64,000 nucleotides of DNA from Actinobacteria bacterium UBA959. Lineage in GTDB: Bacteria; Actinomycetota; Actinomycetes; S36-B12; UBA5976. The stretch covers positions 57,893 to 121,892 of the forward strand of contig DBCL01000002.1 of the NCBI GenBank assembly GCA_002293025.1. Reading direction: 5' to 3'. Positions 9,712 to 21,125 of the stretch are shown here, piece by piece. Below the pieces are notes generated by a model. That model saw nothing but the letters and a program-made list of their open reading frames with translations, was not told the DNA's origin and made no database searches. Made by a program: the position numbers and the translations under genes. How positions within the stretch are numbered: the first letter of the stretch is position 1; each line of letters begins with the position of its first letter.

Positions 9712-10784
9712 TGTGCTACCGCCGTAGCCTTACCAACAGCGTCTTGTTGACGTCTAACTTTCACTCTGCGCGTTATCTCGTAAGCAATAACCACACTTAA
9801 TACAATTACACCTTGCATAATCACAATGATTTCACGTGGAACACCAACTAAATCTAAAATTTGAGAGCTAACATCTAGAAATGCCCAAAGCAGTGCACCA
9901 AACGCTATCCCCACTGGATGGTTTCGACCCAATAAAGCAATTGCAATGCCAGTAAAGCCATAAGAGCCAGGGAAATTGACAGTAAACGAATATTGCGCAC
10001 CAAGTAGTAATGGCAAACCTACTAGTCCCGCAACAGCTCCAGAGAGCAACATCGAATACATGGTCATTCGCTTGACATTAACTCCACTAGCTACTGCTGC
10101 CGACGGAGATTGACCAACTGATCGCAGATCAAACCCAAACCTGGTTCGATTTAATATGAACCAATACGCAAATCCCAACAAGGCAGCCAGAAAAAGCATC
10201 CCATAAACCGGGACTTGAGACCCTGGAATACTGAATCCAGGAAATCTACCTGATTCTGGAATAACTGGTGTGCCCACTACGTTTTCAGCAGTTTGCACTC
10301 CAAGCATGCTGGGAGCTAGTAAGTAGGCAATTAAACCGATCGCAATAAAATTCAACATGATAGTCGAGATAACTTCGCTAACTCCTCGATAAACCTTTAA
10401 CCAAGCAGCAATCCCGGCCCAAAGTGATCCAACCAACATCGAAACAAAAATGACAATTGGTATCGAGATATAACCTGGGAAAGTTAATGCACCTGCGACT
10501 AATGCACCAACCGCTGTAGCCAACCGGTACTGACCATTTACTCCAATGTTGAATAGATTCATTTTGAAGCCAATCGCTACTGCAACTGCACTGAAGTAAT
10601 ATGTGGTAGCACTATTTAAAATTAATGAAATACTGCGTGGGGTAGCTGCATAGTTGATCATTTTGGAAAAGGTCTCAATTGGGTTAGCACCAAATAACAT
10701 CAAGATAACTGAAGCTAATACCACTGAAAAAATGATTGCCACCATAGGTGCTAGCAGAGCATCCAAAATCCGCTTACTCTTCAT
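9708..10784 (-). CDS. ABC transporter permease (nucleoside/BMP-type importer)
   Basis: 358 aa and polytopic; overlaps the downstream permease by 4 nt. Confidence 0.85.
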   Translation of the reverse strand: MKSKRILDALLAPMVAIIFSVVLASVILMLFGANPIETFSKMINYAATPRSISLILNSATTYYFSAVAVAIGFKMNLFNIGVNGQYRLATAVGALVAGALTFPGYISIPIVIFVSMLVGSLWAGIAAWLKVYRGVSEVISTIMLNFIAIGLIAYLLAPSMLGVQTAENVVGTPVIPESGRFPGFSIPGSQVPVYGMLFLAALLGFAYWFILNRTRFGFDLRSVGQSPSAAVASGVNVKRMTMYSMLLSGAVAGLVGLPLLLGAQYSFTVNFPGSYGFTGIAIALLGRNHPVGIAFGALLWAFLDVSSQILDLVGVPREIIVIMQGVIVLSVVIAYEITRRVKVRRQQDAVGKATAVAQ

Positions 10785-12299
10785 TTAGACCACAGCCTTT
10801 GCGCCAGTCATAGCGTTGCCCAGCTCTTGTGGGGTTACGCTCTTTGGATCGGCATCGGCCACGAATCTTCCACGAAGTAAAACTTTGATCGAATCACTCA
10901 TCCCAATTAATTCATCAAGGTCTGCCGAAATTAGTAGAACTGCTAGTCCCCGCGCACGGGCATCTCGCAAGTGATCCCAGATAGCTGCTTGGGCTCCCAC
11001 ATCAACTCCGCGAGTTGGATGTGAAGCAATCAATAACTTAGGTTCACCAGACATCTCTCGACCCACAATAAACTTTTGTTGATTTCCACCTGAAAGAGCA
11101 CTTGCCAAAACGTCTAGGCCTGGTGTTCGCACATCATATTCAGAGATGATTCTTTGAGTATCCGCCTTCGCAGCTTTTGGAGTTAGTAGAAATCCATTTG
11201 AGTTAGGCGACTGAGACTGGTGCCCCAACATTCGATTTTCCCAAAGTGGGGCTTCTAGAAGTAACCCTTGCCGACTGCGATCTTCAGGAATGTAGGCAAC
11301 TCCCGCTTCCCGCTTCTGCCTGGTGGACCAGTTAGTGGCATCAACTCCATTTAGAAATATTGTCCCCGTAGAAAGCTTTGTGCCCATCAGCGCTTCTACT
11401 AGCTCACTTTGCCCATTACCTTCAACTCCTGCTATTCCCAATATTTCGCCTGCATGGATGTCAAATGAAACATCATCTACATGTGGTTTGACTTGCCCAC
11501 TTTCGACTCTTAAATTTTTAACTGCCAGAACTACTCGGTTCGTAACAGTACTTCCACGGGTTTCAGGAGTAGGAAGTTCACTACCAACCATTAGTGTGGC
11601 CAATTCTTCGGCGGTGACTTTCTGAGTTTTGGTGTTTAGCGTGGTAACAGTTGTCCCTTTTCGGATAACCGTTATCTCGTCCGCTATTGCAAGCACCTCA
11701 TCCAATTTATGACTAATAAACATCACAGTGATGCCTTCACTCTTTAAGCCGCGTAGGGCTTCAAATAATTCATCAACCTCATGTGGCACTAAAACAGCAG
11801 TTGGCTCATCCAGGATCAAAATCCTTGCTCCGCGATAGAGCACTTTTAGTATCTCAACTCGCTGTCTATCTCCAACACCTAACTCGCTGACTAAGTCATC
11901 GGGATTCAAGCCAAGTGAATAGCTGTCTGAGATTTCTTTAATTCGATTACTTGCCTTTGTAAAATCAATAGATAGGCCACGCTTTGGCTCACTGCCCAAA
12001 ATTACATTTTCCAAGACGGTTAAGTTGTCGGCCAACATAAAGTGTTGATGTACCATCCCAATACCAGCCGCTATTGAATCTGAAGGTGAGCTGAATACAG
12101 TTGTGGTGCCGTTTACTTTGATTGTTCCTTCATCTGGCTTTTGCATCCCATACAAGATTTTCATCAATGTTGACTTGCCAGCACCATTCTCACCGACAAT
12201 TGCGTGCACACTCGCCTGTTCCACAATGAGGTTTATATTGCTATTTGCAATTACTCCTGGGAACCGCTTCCAAATGCCAGATAACTCAACTGCGATCAA
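10785..12299 (-). CDS. ABC transporter ATP-binding protein with two fused NBDs
   Basis: Walker [10 protein letters not shown], signature LSGGNQQK and D-loop LILDEPT. The TTG start is preceded by AGGAG. Confidence 0.9.
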   Translation of the reverse strand: MIAVELSGIWKRFPGVIANSNINLIVEQASVHAIVGENGAGKSTLMKILYGMQKPDEGTIKVNGTTTVFSSPSDSIAAGIGMVHQHFMLADNLTVLENVILGSEPKRGLSIDFTKASNRIKEISDSYSLGLNPDDLVSELGVGDRQRVEILKVLYRGARILILDEPTAVLVPHEVDELFEALRGLKSEGITVMFISHKLDEVLAIADEITVIRKGTTVTTLNTKTQKVTAEELATLMVGSELPTPETRGSTVTNRVVLAVKNLRVESGQVKPHVDDVSFDIHAGEILGIAGVEGNGQSELVEALMGTKLSTGTIFLNGVDATNWSTRQKREAGVAYIPEDRSRQGLLLEAPLWENRMLGHQSQSPNSNGFLLTPKAAKADTQRIISEYDVRTPGLDVLASALSGGNQQKFIVGREMSGEPKLLIASHPTRGVDVGAQAAIWDHLRDARARGLAVLLISADLDELIGMSDSIKVLLRGRFVADADPKSVTPQELGNAMTGAKAVV

Positions 12300-12325
12300 A
12301 GTGTGGCTCCTGAATTTCTACTAAA

Positions 12326-12365
12326 AGAAGGCTCAGGCTGACAATATTGGCAGCCTGAGCCTTCT
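12326..12365 (-). terminator. intercistronic stem-loop (partial terminator or mRNA stabiliser) downstream of the binding-protein gene
   Basis: Perfect 15-bp inverted repeat agaaggctcaggctg / cagcctgagccttct with a 10-nt loop. On the minus-strand RNA it is followed by UUUU. Confidence 0.6.
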
Positions 12366-12396
12366 GGCAATCCATTCTTAAAAAGAATGTCCTGCT

Positions 12397-13449
12397 TTAC
12401 TCTGTCAGAGTGGAGCTAACTGTGATTTCACCGTTCTTGATCTTCTCGGCATAACCATCAGCCACAGAAGCGAACGCTGAGACAACAGGGTTGGAAGAGC
12501 TGTAACCAACGCCACCACGTGATAGATCGAAGTTCTGGATTCCAGTTAGTGGGGATCCATTTACTACGCCAGCAATAACATCGAATACTGCTGTATCTAC
12601 ACGCTTAAGCATCGAAGTCACGATGTTCTCTTTGAATTCAGCACGTGCTGGAAGCACATACTCATCAGAGTCAACACCAATACCCCAATAACCCTTGGCC
12701 GATCCACCGGCTGCAGCAATTGCTTGATGCATACCTAGACCTGAACCACCAGCTGCTGCGTAGACGATGTCTACGCCTTTGTCGATCATGCCTTCAACTG
12801 CTGTCTTAGCGCGATCTGGTGCGTTCCAAGCGCTGTTATCGCCAGCTGGACCCATGTAAGCAACTGAGATAGTTGCTGCTGGATTAACGGCCTTAACACC
12901 TTGCTCGAAACCGGCCTGGAAGGCCTTAATCAAATCAATCTCCATACCACCGATAAATCCGACTTTGCCAGACTTACTTGCAGATGCAGCGATTGTTCCT
13001 ACAAGGAATGAACCTTGTTCAGCTGCGAAGATCAGAGATCCAACGTTTGGTGCATCTACAACTGAGTCAACAATTGCAAAAGTTGTATCAGGGAATTCTG
13101 GTGCCACTTCAGCTAGTGCATCGCTATAAGCGAAGCCAACTGCAATAACAGGGTTGTAACCCTCAGAAGCAAGCAAACGTAAACGCTCTGCACGCTCTGG
13201 TGTTCCATCTGCATCTGCAGCTTCTACTTCATTAACCTCTACACCGAATTCAGCCACGGCACGGTCAACACCGGCTGCTGCTGCATCGTTGAAGGTTCCA
13301 TCACCACGACCACCTGAGTCATAAGCCAAACCGACCTTGACTACCGGTGCTGCGTTTTCTTCTACTGCTGCCTCATCGCTACTTGAGCATGCTGCTAGCA
13401 CTAATGATCCGGCGAAAAGCACGGATGCGATCTTGATTACCCTGCGCAA
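12397..13449 (-). CDS. BMP-family (PnrA-like) nucleoside-binding lipoprotein of the ABC importer
   Basis: Signal peptide with lipobox LAAC-SS, 350 aa, BMP-like body. The TTG start is preceded by AGGAG. Confidence 0.85.
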   Translation of the reverse strand: MRRVIKIASVLFAGSLVLAACSSSDEAAVEENAAPVVKVGLAYDSGGRGDGTFNDAAAAGVDRAVAEFGVEVNEVEAADADGTPERAERLRLLASEGYNPVIAVGFAYSDALAEVAPEFPDTTFAIVDSVVDAPNVGSLIFAAEQGSFLVGTIAASASKSGKVGFIGGMEIDLIKAFQAGFEQGVKAVNPAATISVAYMGPAGDNSAWNAPDRAKTAVEGMIDKGVDIVYAAAGGSGLGMHQAIAAAGGSAKGYWGIGVDSDEYVLPARAEFKENIVTSMLKRVDTAVFDVIAGVVNGSPLTGIQNFDLSRGGVGYSSSNPVVSAFASVADGYAEKIKNGEITVSSTLTE

Positions 13450-13588
13450 GGAAATCTCCTTTATATGTTCGTTACCGACATCACGAAGATCGTGTCGTCG
13501 TTAGGGCAACCCTACCTAGGAGTATGAGGGGTTTCCCGTTGAGCGAATAACTGCTACTAAACCGTTATGAAACCCAGGGTGAGATCGG

Positions 13589-15181
13589 TCACAGGCCATC
13601 AGAGGGGGTGAATTCCCCCCATACTTTGCGCAAAGTTGCACATATTTCGCCAACGGAGGCTCTGGCCCGGATGGCCTCTCGGAGTGGATACATCAGATTT
13701 TCAGACCCCCGAGCGGCCTGCTCAATCTGAGCTAGGAACTTATCAACTGCCACGTTATCCCGCTTGGCCTTGATTTCAACTAATCGAGCCACCTGTTCCT
13801 GCTCTAGAGCAAGGTCAACATGCAGTGGACTGTAAGGCTCTTCTGTTTGGGACACAAACTCATTTACACCAACAATGATTCGTTTTTTAGCATCAATTTC
13901 GAGAGCAATGCGGTAAGCAGATTCTTCGATAGCTCCTTTTTGGAAACCCTGCTCAACACCAATTACTGCCCCACCAATCTCTTCCACCGACTTCATAATT
14001 TCAAGAATCTGCTTTTCTATTTCATCTGTCATGGATTCGATTAGATAAGAACCACCGAGAGGATCAACGCTCTTCGTTATATCCGTTTCATGAGCCAAAA
14101 CTTGTTGAGTACGAAGCGCTAATCTCGCTGCTTTCTCAGTTGGCAAACCAATGGCTTCATCAAATGAATTTGTATGAAGCGATTGTGTTCCACCCAATAC
14201 CGCAGCCATGGCTTGGATTGCCACTCTTACTAAGTTCAACTCTGGCTGTTGAGCAGTTAGCTGAACGCCTGCGGTTTGGGTATGGAACTTCAAAGAAAGA
14301 GACTTTGGGTCTTTCGCTCCAAATTGATCCGACATAACTTTGTACCAAACTCTTCGGGCAGCCCGGAATTTGGCAACTTCTTCTAGAAATGATGTCCGAA
14401 CAACAAAGAAGAAAGAAAGTCTTGGGGCAAAGTCATCTACCGCTAAACCTGCTGCTAAAGCAGCTTTCACATAAGCAATACCGTTAGTTAAGGTGAAAGC
14501 AATCTCTTGAGCTGGAGTGGCTCCTGCTTCAGCCATGTGATAGCCCGAAATTGAAATCGTATTCCAATTAGGAATCTCTTTTGAACAATAGGCGAAAATG
14601 TCTGTAGTTAAACGCAACGATGGCGCTGGTGGGAATATGTAGGTTCCACGAGCAATATACTCTTTGAGTACATCATTTTGAATCGTTCCATTTAGTTTTT
14701 TAGCGGGAATTCCTTGTTCTTCAGCTACTAGCTGATACATCAGTAACAAAATTGAAGCTGGCGAATTAATTGTCATTGAAGTTGAGACTTTATCTAACTC
14801 AATACCATCAAACAGAGTTCGCATGTCTTCAATCGTGTCGATTGCTACTCCCACCCGACCAACTTCACCATGCGCTAGAGGATGGTCCGAGTCGTAACCC
14901 ATTTGTGTTGGCAAATCAAAAGCCACTGAAAGTCCCGTAGTTCCATTTTGGATTAACTGCTTGTAGCGCTGATTGGACTCAGCAGCAGTGCCAAATCCGG
15001 CATACTGACGCATTGTCCAGGTTCTACCTAAATACATATTCGGATAAATACCGCGAGTAAATGGCGGTTGCCCTGCTTCACCAAGCGCTTGGCTTGAATC
15101 CCAATTTTCTAAGTCTGCTTCAGTGTAGATCGGCTTGATTTCGAAGCCGGATTCAGATTTTTGATTACGCTCTGTGCTCAT
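13589..15181 (-). CDS. methylmalonyl-CoA mutase catalytic (TIM-barrel) subunit, split type without a B12 domain
   Basis: 530 aa. Motifs [41 protein letters not shown] and [18 protein letters not shown]. No C-terminal DxHxxG domain is present. Confidence 0.88.
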   Translation of the reverse strand: MSTERNQKSESGFEIKPIYTEADLENWDSSQALGEAGQPPFTRGIYPNMYLGRTWTMRQYAGFGTAAESNQRYKQLIQNGTTGLSVAFDLPTQMGYDSDHPLAHGEVGRVGVAIDTIEDMRTLFDGIELDKVSTSMTINSPASILLLMYQLVAEEQGIPAKKLNGTIQNDVLKEYIARGTYIFPPAPSLRLTTDIFAYCSKEIPNWNTISISGYHMAEAGATPAQEIAFTLTNGIAYVKAALAAGLAVDDFAPRLSFFFVVRTSFLEEVAKFRAARRVWYKVMSDQFGAKDPKSLSLKFHTQTAGVQLTAQQPELNLVRVAIQAMAAVLGGTQSLHTNSFDEAIGLPTEKAARLALRTQQVLAHETDITKSVDPLGGSYLIESMTDEIEKQILEIMKSVEEIGGAVIGVEQGFQKGAIEESAYRIALEIDAKKRIIVGVNEFVSQTEEPYSPLHVDLALEQEQVARLVEIKAKRDNVAVDKFLAQIEQAARGSENLMYPLREAIRARASVGEICATLRKVWGEFTPSDGL

Positions 15182-15212
15182 AAGTGAATCGTAACCCCTA
15201 CCGATTTAACGG

Positions 15213-15965
15213 TTAAGAGCTGCGACGTCGAATGGTGCTTCCCAGCCAACGGACTGGGTCATACTTAACATCTACCACTCGTTCCTTCATTGGAATAAGA
15301 GCGTTGTCTGTAATCTTGATATGTTCTGGACATACTTCGGTACAGCACTTTGTGATGTTGCAATATCCCAAACCATGGTCTTCCTGGGCTTGGTGTTTGC
15401 GATCTATCACATCTAATGGATGCATATCTAATTCAGCAATACGCATCAAGAATCTTGGGCCGGAGAAAACTTCCTTATTTTCCTCATGGTCTCTAACTAC
15501 ATGGCATGTATCTTGACATAGAAAACATTCAATGCACTTGCGAAATTCTTGACTTCGGCTGACATCAACTTGCTGCATACGATATTCGCCTGGTTTTGCG
15601 TCTTTTGGACCTTCAAAAGCAGGGACCTGCAGTGCCTTTTGATAGTTAAAGGACACATCCGTAACTAGGTCACGAATTACTGGAAATGCTCGCATCGGGG
15701 TTACAGTAATTTCAGCCTCAGGATCAAATGTGTTCATCCTGGTCATGCACATCAATCTTGGCTTGCCGTTAATTTCAGCACTGCAAGATCCACATTTACC
15801 CGCTTTACAATTCCAACGAACTGCTAAATCTGGTGAATCCGTTGCTTGAATTCTATGAATTACATCCAGAACTACTTCACCCTCATTAACATCCACTTCA
15901 TAATCACGTAATGCACCGTTTGCTGCGTTGCCTCGCCAGATCTTGAATTTTCCGCGATATCCCAT
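15213..15965 (-). CDS. sdhB: succinate dehydrogenase/fumarate reductase iron-sulfur subunit
   Basis: Cys clusters CKAGKCGSCSAEING, CIECFLCQDTC and CTEVCPEHI. Confidence 0.92.
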   Translation of the reverse strand: MGYRGKFKIWRGNAANGALRDYEVDVNEGEVVLDVIHRIQATDSPDLAVRWNCKAGKCGSCSAEINGKPRLMCMTRMNTFDPEAEITVTPMRAFPVIRDLVTDVSFNYQKALQVPAFEGPKDAKPGEYRMQQVDVSRSQEFRKCIECFLCQDTCHVVRDHEENKEVFSGPRFLMRIAELDMHPLDVIDRKHQAQEDHGLGYCNITKCCTEVCPEHIKITDNALIPMKERVVDVKYDPVRWLGSTIRRRSS

Positions 15966-17860
15966 CAGGCAACTTCTTTCGGTAGTTGGGCATATTCTTC
16001 AGCAGTAAAGTATTTTTTCAACTCTGACGCTTCAAAAAGTCCGGCTAGTTCTGGGGGCATTTGTGAGATTGGCTCAGTTGCTACTTCAATCGACCCATTC
16101 TTTAGCCGGCAGACAACATTTCGATTTCGCCAGTTTGGATCCATTCCAGTGAAATCGTCTCTGGTGTGTCCCCCGCGCGACTCTTCCCGTGTATTTCCAG
16201 ACTTTGCAATTGCTTCTGATACTAAAAGCATGTTCTCTAGATCCAAAGCTAAATGCCAACCAGGGTTATATTCCTTGCCACCTGGAACTGAAACTTGATC
16301 AATCCGAGCTTTAAGTTCCTTTAGGCGAGCTAAAGCTTGATCCATCTCTGTGCCAGTGCGAATAATTCCTACTAAATCGTTCATAACTTGCTGTAAATCT
16401 TGATGCACAGAGTAAGGATTTTCACTACCTTTGTTTTCTAATGGTGCACACGCATGATTTTTCGCTTTGTCAATCGCTTGATCACTGCATTTTGGAGTAT
16501 TGCTCATTTTGGATACATATCCAACAGCGCCCGCTCCAGCGCGCTTACCAAAAACTAGAAGATCTGAAAGAGAGTTGCCACCTAGGCGGTTTGCACCATG
16601 CATACCGCCAGCAACTTCTCCAGCTGCAAACAAGCCAGCCACTCCAATTGCGGCTGCTGTGTCGGACTCAACTTGAATGCCACCCATTACATAATGACAT
16701 GTTGGCCCAACTTCCATTGGCGCTTGTGTAATATCGACGTCAGCTAGCTCTTTAAATTGGTGATACATCGCAGGTAGTCGTCTTTTGATAACTTCACTGG
16801 ATAGGCGCTTAGAAACATCTAAATAAACGCCACCATTTTCAGAACCGCGTCCTGACTTAACTTCAGTATTGATTGCGCGAGCCACTTCATCTCGCGGCAA
16901 AAGTTCTGGAGGGCGGCGATTGTTATCTGGATCCTCGTACCAACGATCTGCTTCAGCCTCGGTGTCAGCGTACTTATCTTTGAATACTTCAGGGATGTAA
17001 TCAAACATGAACCGCTTACCTTCAGAATTGGTGAGTACTCCACCTTCACCACGTACTGACTCGGTAACCAAAATTCCTTTAACACTCGGTGGCCACACCA
17101 TTCCAGTTGGATGGAATTGAACAAACTCCATGTCAACTAGTTGGCCGCCAGCTTTAAGGGCTAGGCCAACGCCATCTCCGGTGCCTTCCCAAGAGTTGCT
17201 CGTAACCTTGAATGATTTGCCCAATCCGCCGGTAGCAATAATTACAGCCTTGGCTTCAAAGACTACAAAATTACCGTTCTCTCGCCAATACCCAAATGCT
17301 CCACTAACTTGACCAGTAGTTTCATCTTTCAGAATTTCAGTAATTGTGCATTCTTGAAATACCTTTAACTTAGCTTCGTATTCGCCAAATTCAGTTTTGT
17401 CTTTTTGTTGCAATTGAACAATCTTTTGCTGCAGTGTTCTAATCAATTCCAAGCCAGTGCGGTCACCAACATGTGCCAGTCTTGGGTATTCGTGTCCACC
17501 AAAGTTTCTTTGGCTAATACGACCATCTTTGGTTCGATCAAATAGCGCACCCCAGGTTTCTAGTTCCCAGACCCGATCTGGTGACTCTTGGGCGTGCAGT
17601 TGAGCCATCCGCCAGTTGTTATGAAATTTGCTTCCACGCATAGTGTCCCGGAAATGAACTTGCCAATTGTCATTTCCGTTCACATTTCCCATAGATGCTG
17701 CAATTCCACCCTCAGCCATAACTGTGTGAGCTTTGCCAAACATTGATTTGGAGATAATTGCAACAGACATACCGTTCTCGCGTGCTTCAATTGCAGCACG
17801 CAGACCAGCGCCACCCGCGCCTACGATCACAACATCAAAACTATGGCGTTCTAACGACAT
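15965..17860 (-). CDS. sdhA: succinate dehydrogenase/fumarate reductase flavoprotein subunit
   Basis: FAD motif VVIVGAGGAGLRAA and the covalent-FAD His region AHTVMAEGG; 631 aa. Confidence 0.93.
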   Translation of the reverse strand: MSLERHSFDVVIVGAGGAGLRAAIEARENGMSVAIISKSMFGKAHTVMAEGGIAASMGNVNGNDNWQVHFRDTMRGSKFHNNWRMAQLHAQESPDRVWELETWGALFDRTKDGRISQRNFGGHEYPRLAHVGDRTGLELIRTLQQKIVQLQQKDKTEFGEYEAKLKVFQECTITEILKDETTGQVSGAFGYWRENGNFVVFEAKAVIIATGGLGKSFKVTSNSWEGTGDGVGLALKAGGQLVDMEFVQFHPTGMVWPPSVKGILVTESVRGEGGVLTNSEGKRFMFDYIPEVFKDKYADTEAEADRWYEDPDNNRRPPELLPRDEVARAINTEVKSGRGSENGGVYLDVSKRLSSEVIKRRLPAMYHQFKELADVDITQAPMEVGPTCHYVMGGIQVESDTAAAIGVAGLFAAGEVAGGMHGANRLGGNSLSDLLVFGKRAGAGAVGYVSKMSNTPKCSDQAIDKAKNHACAPLENKGSENPYSVHQDLQQVMNDLVGIIRTGTEMDQALARLKELKARIDQVSVPGGKEYNPGWHLALDLENMLLVSEAIAKSGNTREESRGGHTRDDFTGMDPNWRNRNVVCRLKNGSIEVATEPISQMPPELAGLFEASELKKYFTAEEYAQLPKEVA

Positions 17861-17875
17861 TTATTTAACCTCACC

Positions 17876-18667
17876 TTAGAAGAACTGAATGTTTTCGATT
17901 AGACCGGTTGAAACACTTCGAACATAAAAATCAGTAAATGCAACGCCTAATAGAGAAATCCATGCAAACTTTGGATGGTGTGGATTCAGATTTGAGACGA
18001 ATGTCCAAGTTTTGTATCTAATTGGATGCTTCGAAAAATGCTTGAGACGGCCTCCAAATGCATGCCGACAGCTATGGCAAGACAATGAGTAGAGCCAAAG
18101 CATGGTTGCGTTAAATATGAGCACCAAAGTGCCCACGCTCATGTGACCCCATTCACCTTCAGAATTTCGAAAGGCCAAAATTGCATCAAAGGTGAGAATA
18201 AAGTTAAGCACAATTCCAGCATAGAAAAACCATCGATGTGAATTTTGCAAAATTAGTGGAGCTCTGGTTTCGCCAGTGTATTTAGAATGAGGTTCGGCAA
18301 CTGCACATGCAGGAGGTGACATCCAAAATGATCTGTAATAACTCTTACGGTAGTAGTAACAAGTCATTCTAAAACCAAGCGGGAAAATCAAGATCAGAAG
18401 TGCTGGTGACAAAATCCACCAGGAGCCAAATGGAGTTCCAAAATCCGATGAGCCGTCAACGCACGATGTGGCCAAACATGGGGAATAAAAGGGTGATAGC
18501 AAAGGTTTTGCATAGTAATGTGCATTTTCAAACGCACGCCAGGTTGAATAAACCACAAAGGACAACAAAACAGTCATCGTGATTGCCGGCTGTAACCACC
18601 AACGATCAGTTCTTAATGTGCGTTCAGAGATTTGAGCCCGGCCAGCAGACGAGACACCGTTTTTCAT
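17876..18667 (-). CDS. sdhC: succinate dehydrogenase single membrane-anchor (cytochrome b-type) subunit
   Basis: 263 aa, several TM segments with conserved His residues. It lies immediately upstream of sdhA-sdhB, an organisation like mycobacterial Sdh1 (from memory). Confidence 0.7.
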   Translation of the reverse strand: MKNGVSSAGRAQISERTLRTDRWWLQPAITMTVLLSFVVYSTWRAFENAHYYAKPLLSPFYSPCLATSCVDGSSDFGTPFGSWWILSPALLILIFPLGFRMTCYYYRKSYYRSFWMSPPACAVAEPHSKYTGETRAPLILQNSHRWFFYAGIVLNFILTFDAILAFRNSEGEWGHMSVGTLVLIFNATMLWLYSLSCHSCRHAFGGRLKHFSKHPIRYKTWTFVSNLNPHHPKFAWISLLGVAFTDFYVRSVSTGLIENIQFF

Positions 18668-18780
18668 TCATCACCTTTTGCTGTGTATTGGTGGCTAAGG
18701 GTAATGAGATATTGGGTGATTGGTAAATTGAAATATTGTTCAGCAGACCTACTGGCTTGTGATCTAACCCACATACTTGC

Positions 18781-19788
18781 CTAGTTACCCGGCCCTAATA
18801 GACCTAATCTCTGGTAAGTCATATTCAGAGTCTGCCTGGCAGTCACACCAGCCTTTGTTGCTCCTCGAGCAATTAGGGCAGTCAGCTCGCTGGGATCTTC
18901 TAATAACTGTGATGTTCGATCTCTGATCGGCTCGATACAGGCAACTAACTCGTCCGCGACCAGTTGCTTAAATGACCCATAACCCTGCCCGCTCACCGCT
19001 TCCGCAGTTTCCTCGATTGGGCGCTTAGTAGCAGCGGCTAACAAGCCGATTAGGTTGCTGATTCCTGGTTTTTCTTCAAAGTCATATGACACCTCTCGTC
19101 CTGAATCTGTCACAGCAGACTTAATCTTCTTGGAAATAACACTTGCGGAATCCATCAAAAAGACAGCCCCGCTTGGTGAGGACTTACTCATTTTTGCAGT
19201 TGGATCTTGCAGATCAAGAACTCTGGAGTTACCAACAACTGTCATAGTTTGTGGAATAGTGAAAGTTTGTCCGTAAGTTGAATTAAATCTTTGAGCCAAA
19301 TCTCTGGTCAACTCGATATGTTGCTTTTGATCATCTCCTACGGGTACTGCTGTTGGTTGGTAAAGTAAAATATCGGCAGCTTGCAAGACTGGATAAGTGA
19401 ATAAACCCACAGTGGCTCGGTCAGCACCTTCTTTTTGTGACTTATCCTTAAATTGAGTCATACGCGCAGCTTCGCCATATCCAGCGATGCAAGACAGCAC
19501 CCAAGCTAATTGAGAATGCTCTGCCAGGTGACTTTGCACAAATACAACTGAACGATTCGGATCAATTCCTAACGCCAATAGTTGAGCAAAGGAGGCAAGT
19601 GTTCTTTGCTTAATCTGCTTAGGGTCGTGGTTGACTGTCAAGGCATGTAGATCGACTACACAGTAATAACATTCGTGGGTTTCTTGTAGATCCACCCATT
19701 GATTTAGTGCACCAAACCAATTGCCAATATGAAAAGAATCCATGGTTGGCTGAATCCCAGATAAGACTCTTTTTGCCTGTTCAGCCAT
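18781..19788 (-). CDS. trpS: tryptophan--tRNA ligase
   Basis: Class I motifs FHIGNWFG (HIGH) and KMSKS; 335 aa. Confidence 0.93.
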   Translation of the reverse strand: MAEQAKRVLSGIQPTMDSFHIGNWFGALNQWVDLQETHECYYCVVDLHALTVNHDPKQIKQRTLASFAQLLALGIDPNRSVVFVQSHLAEHSQLAWVLSCIAGYGEAARMTQFKDKSQKEGADRATVGLFTYPVLQAADILLYQPTAVPVGDDQKQHIELTRDLAQRFNSTYGQTFTIPQTMTVVGNSRVLDLQDPTAKMSKSSPSGAVFLMDSASVISKKIKSAVTDSGREVSYDFEEKPGISNLIGLLAAATKRPIEETAEAVSGQGYGSFKQLVADELVACIEPIRDRTSQLLEDPSELTALIARGATKAGVTARQTLNMTYQRLGLLGPGN

Positions 19789-19831
19789 GTTGCGAATACT
19801 CTCACACTAGGAGGCTATTTCTGCGTCACGC

Positions 19832-21076
19832 CTAGTCTTCTTGTTCAGTGAGGGGTTCAATTACAACGTGAAACCTGGTAACTCTTCTAGCTTCTACCTT
19901 CGTAACCGTTAGCGTCGCTCTATCCCAACTGACCACATCAGAAACTTGAGGCAATCTGCCAATCTGTGCAACTGCCCATCCAGCAACAGTTTCATATGGG
20001 CCATCCGGTAAGGAAACAGAAGTCATTTCAGCAAAGTCTTCGAGATTTAGTAAGCCGTCGATGTCAAATTCACCAGAACCAGAGACTGTGGAAGGTTTAA
20101 CTAACTCATCATATTCATCATGAATGTCACCAATAACTTCTTCAACCAAATCTTCTAGAGCGACAATGCCGTCAGTGCCGCCGTATTCATCAACAACAAT
20201 TGAAATATGTTGTCCTGCTTTGCGCATTTCATGCATAGCGTTTAAAACAGATTTAGTTCCGGGAAACTTTAAAATATCTCGAGCAATATCGCCCACTCTA
20301 ATAGAGCGTTCTCGCATATCGGGATTTAGCAGATCACGAACATGGACGAAACCAATAACATCGTCAAAGCTCTCACCTACTACTGGATATCTTGAGTGAG
20401 GTTTATCAATTACCCATTGAGCCGCCTTAAAGATGGGCATGTCTGCTTCAAGAAACTCAACTTCTGTGCGTGGCAACATAACTTCACGTACTTCTTTGTC
20501 AGTTAAAGAGAACACATCTGTTAGTAGCGCACGCTCTTCAGATGAAAGTGACTCTTGTGCTGTGATTAAGTCGCGTAGTTCAGATGCACCAATTCCAGCT
20601 CGTTTGGCATGTGGATCTACTCCGAATAATCTCACCACTAAATTGGTGGAAACCGAAAGCAGCATAATGAATGGTTTAGTTAATCGAGCAAGTAATTCAA
20701 CTGGCACTGCCAGCACCTGAGCAAACCCAACAGTATGTTGTAAGGCCAAACGTTTCGGTGCCAACTCTCCTAGCACCAAAGAAATGTAGGAGATGACCAG
20801 AGTTACCAAAATAAAGGCAACTGTTTCTGATGCTGATTCAGATAAACCAAGATTTTCAATTTCGGGTGCTAGATCTGGAGCGATGCTGGTTGCTCCAAAG
20901 CCTGCAGATACGAAGCCTGCCAAAGTGACACCAACTTGCACCGCAGCTAAGAATCTATTTGGACTTGAAACAAGTTTAGATACAAGACGACCGCGCCTGC
21001 CGGTCAGTTGTTGTATTTGACTCTCGCGCAATGAGACCAAGGCAATCTCTGCTGCGGCAAAAACACTGCCGAGCAA
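19832..21076 (-). CDS. CNNM/HlyC-CorC family transporter (DUF21 + CBS pair + CorC_HlyC)
   Basis: The N-terminal AAAEIALVSL motif, a CBS region and a C-terminal CorC-like domain. The only canonical start is TTG at 21076, which truncates TM1 (see findings). Confidence 0.8.
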   Translation of the reverse strand: MLGSVFAAAEIALVSLRESQIQQLTGRRGRLVSKLVSSPNRFLAAVQVGVTLAGFVSAGFGATSIAPDLAPEIENLGLSESASETVAFILVTLVISYISLVLGELAPKRLALQHTVGFAQVLAVPVELLARLTKPFIMLLSVSTNLVVRLFGVDPHAKRAGIGASELRDLITAQESLSSEERALLTDVFSLTDKEVREVMLPRTEVEFLEADMPIFKAAQWVIDKPHSRYPVVGESFDDVIGFVHVRDLLNPDMRERSIRVGDIARDILKFPGTKSVLNAMHEMRKAGQHISIVVDEYGGTDGIVALEDLVEEVIGDIHDEYDELVKPSTVSGSGEFDIDGLLNLEDFAEMTSVSLPDGPYETVAGWAVAQIGRLPQVSDVVSWDRATLTVTKVEARRVTRFHVVIEPLTEQED

Positions 21077-21125
21077 GATGAAGAAGAGAACGACTAATAA
21101 ATCTGTCGCTACCGAATTCAGGATG

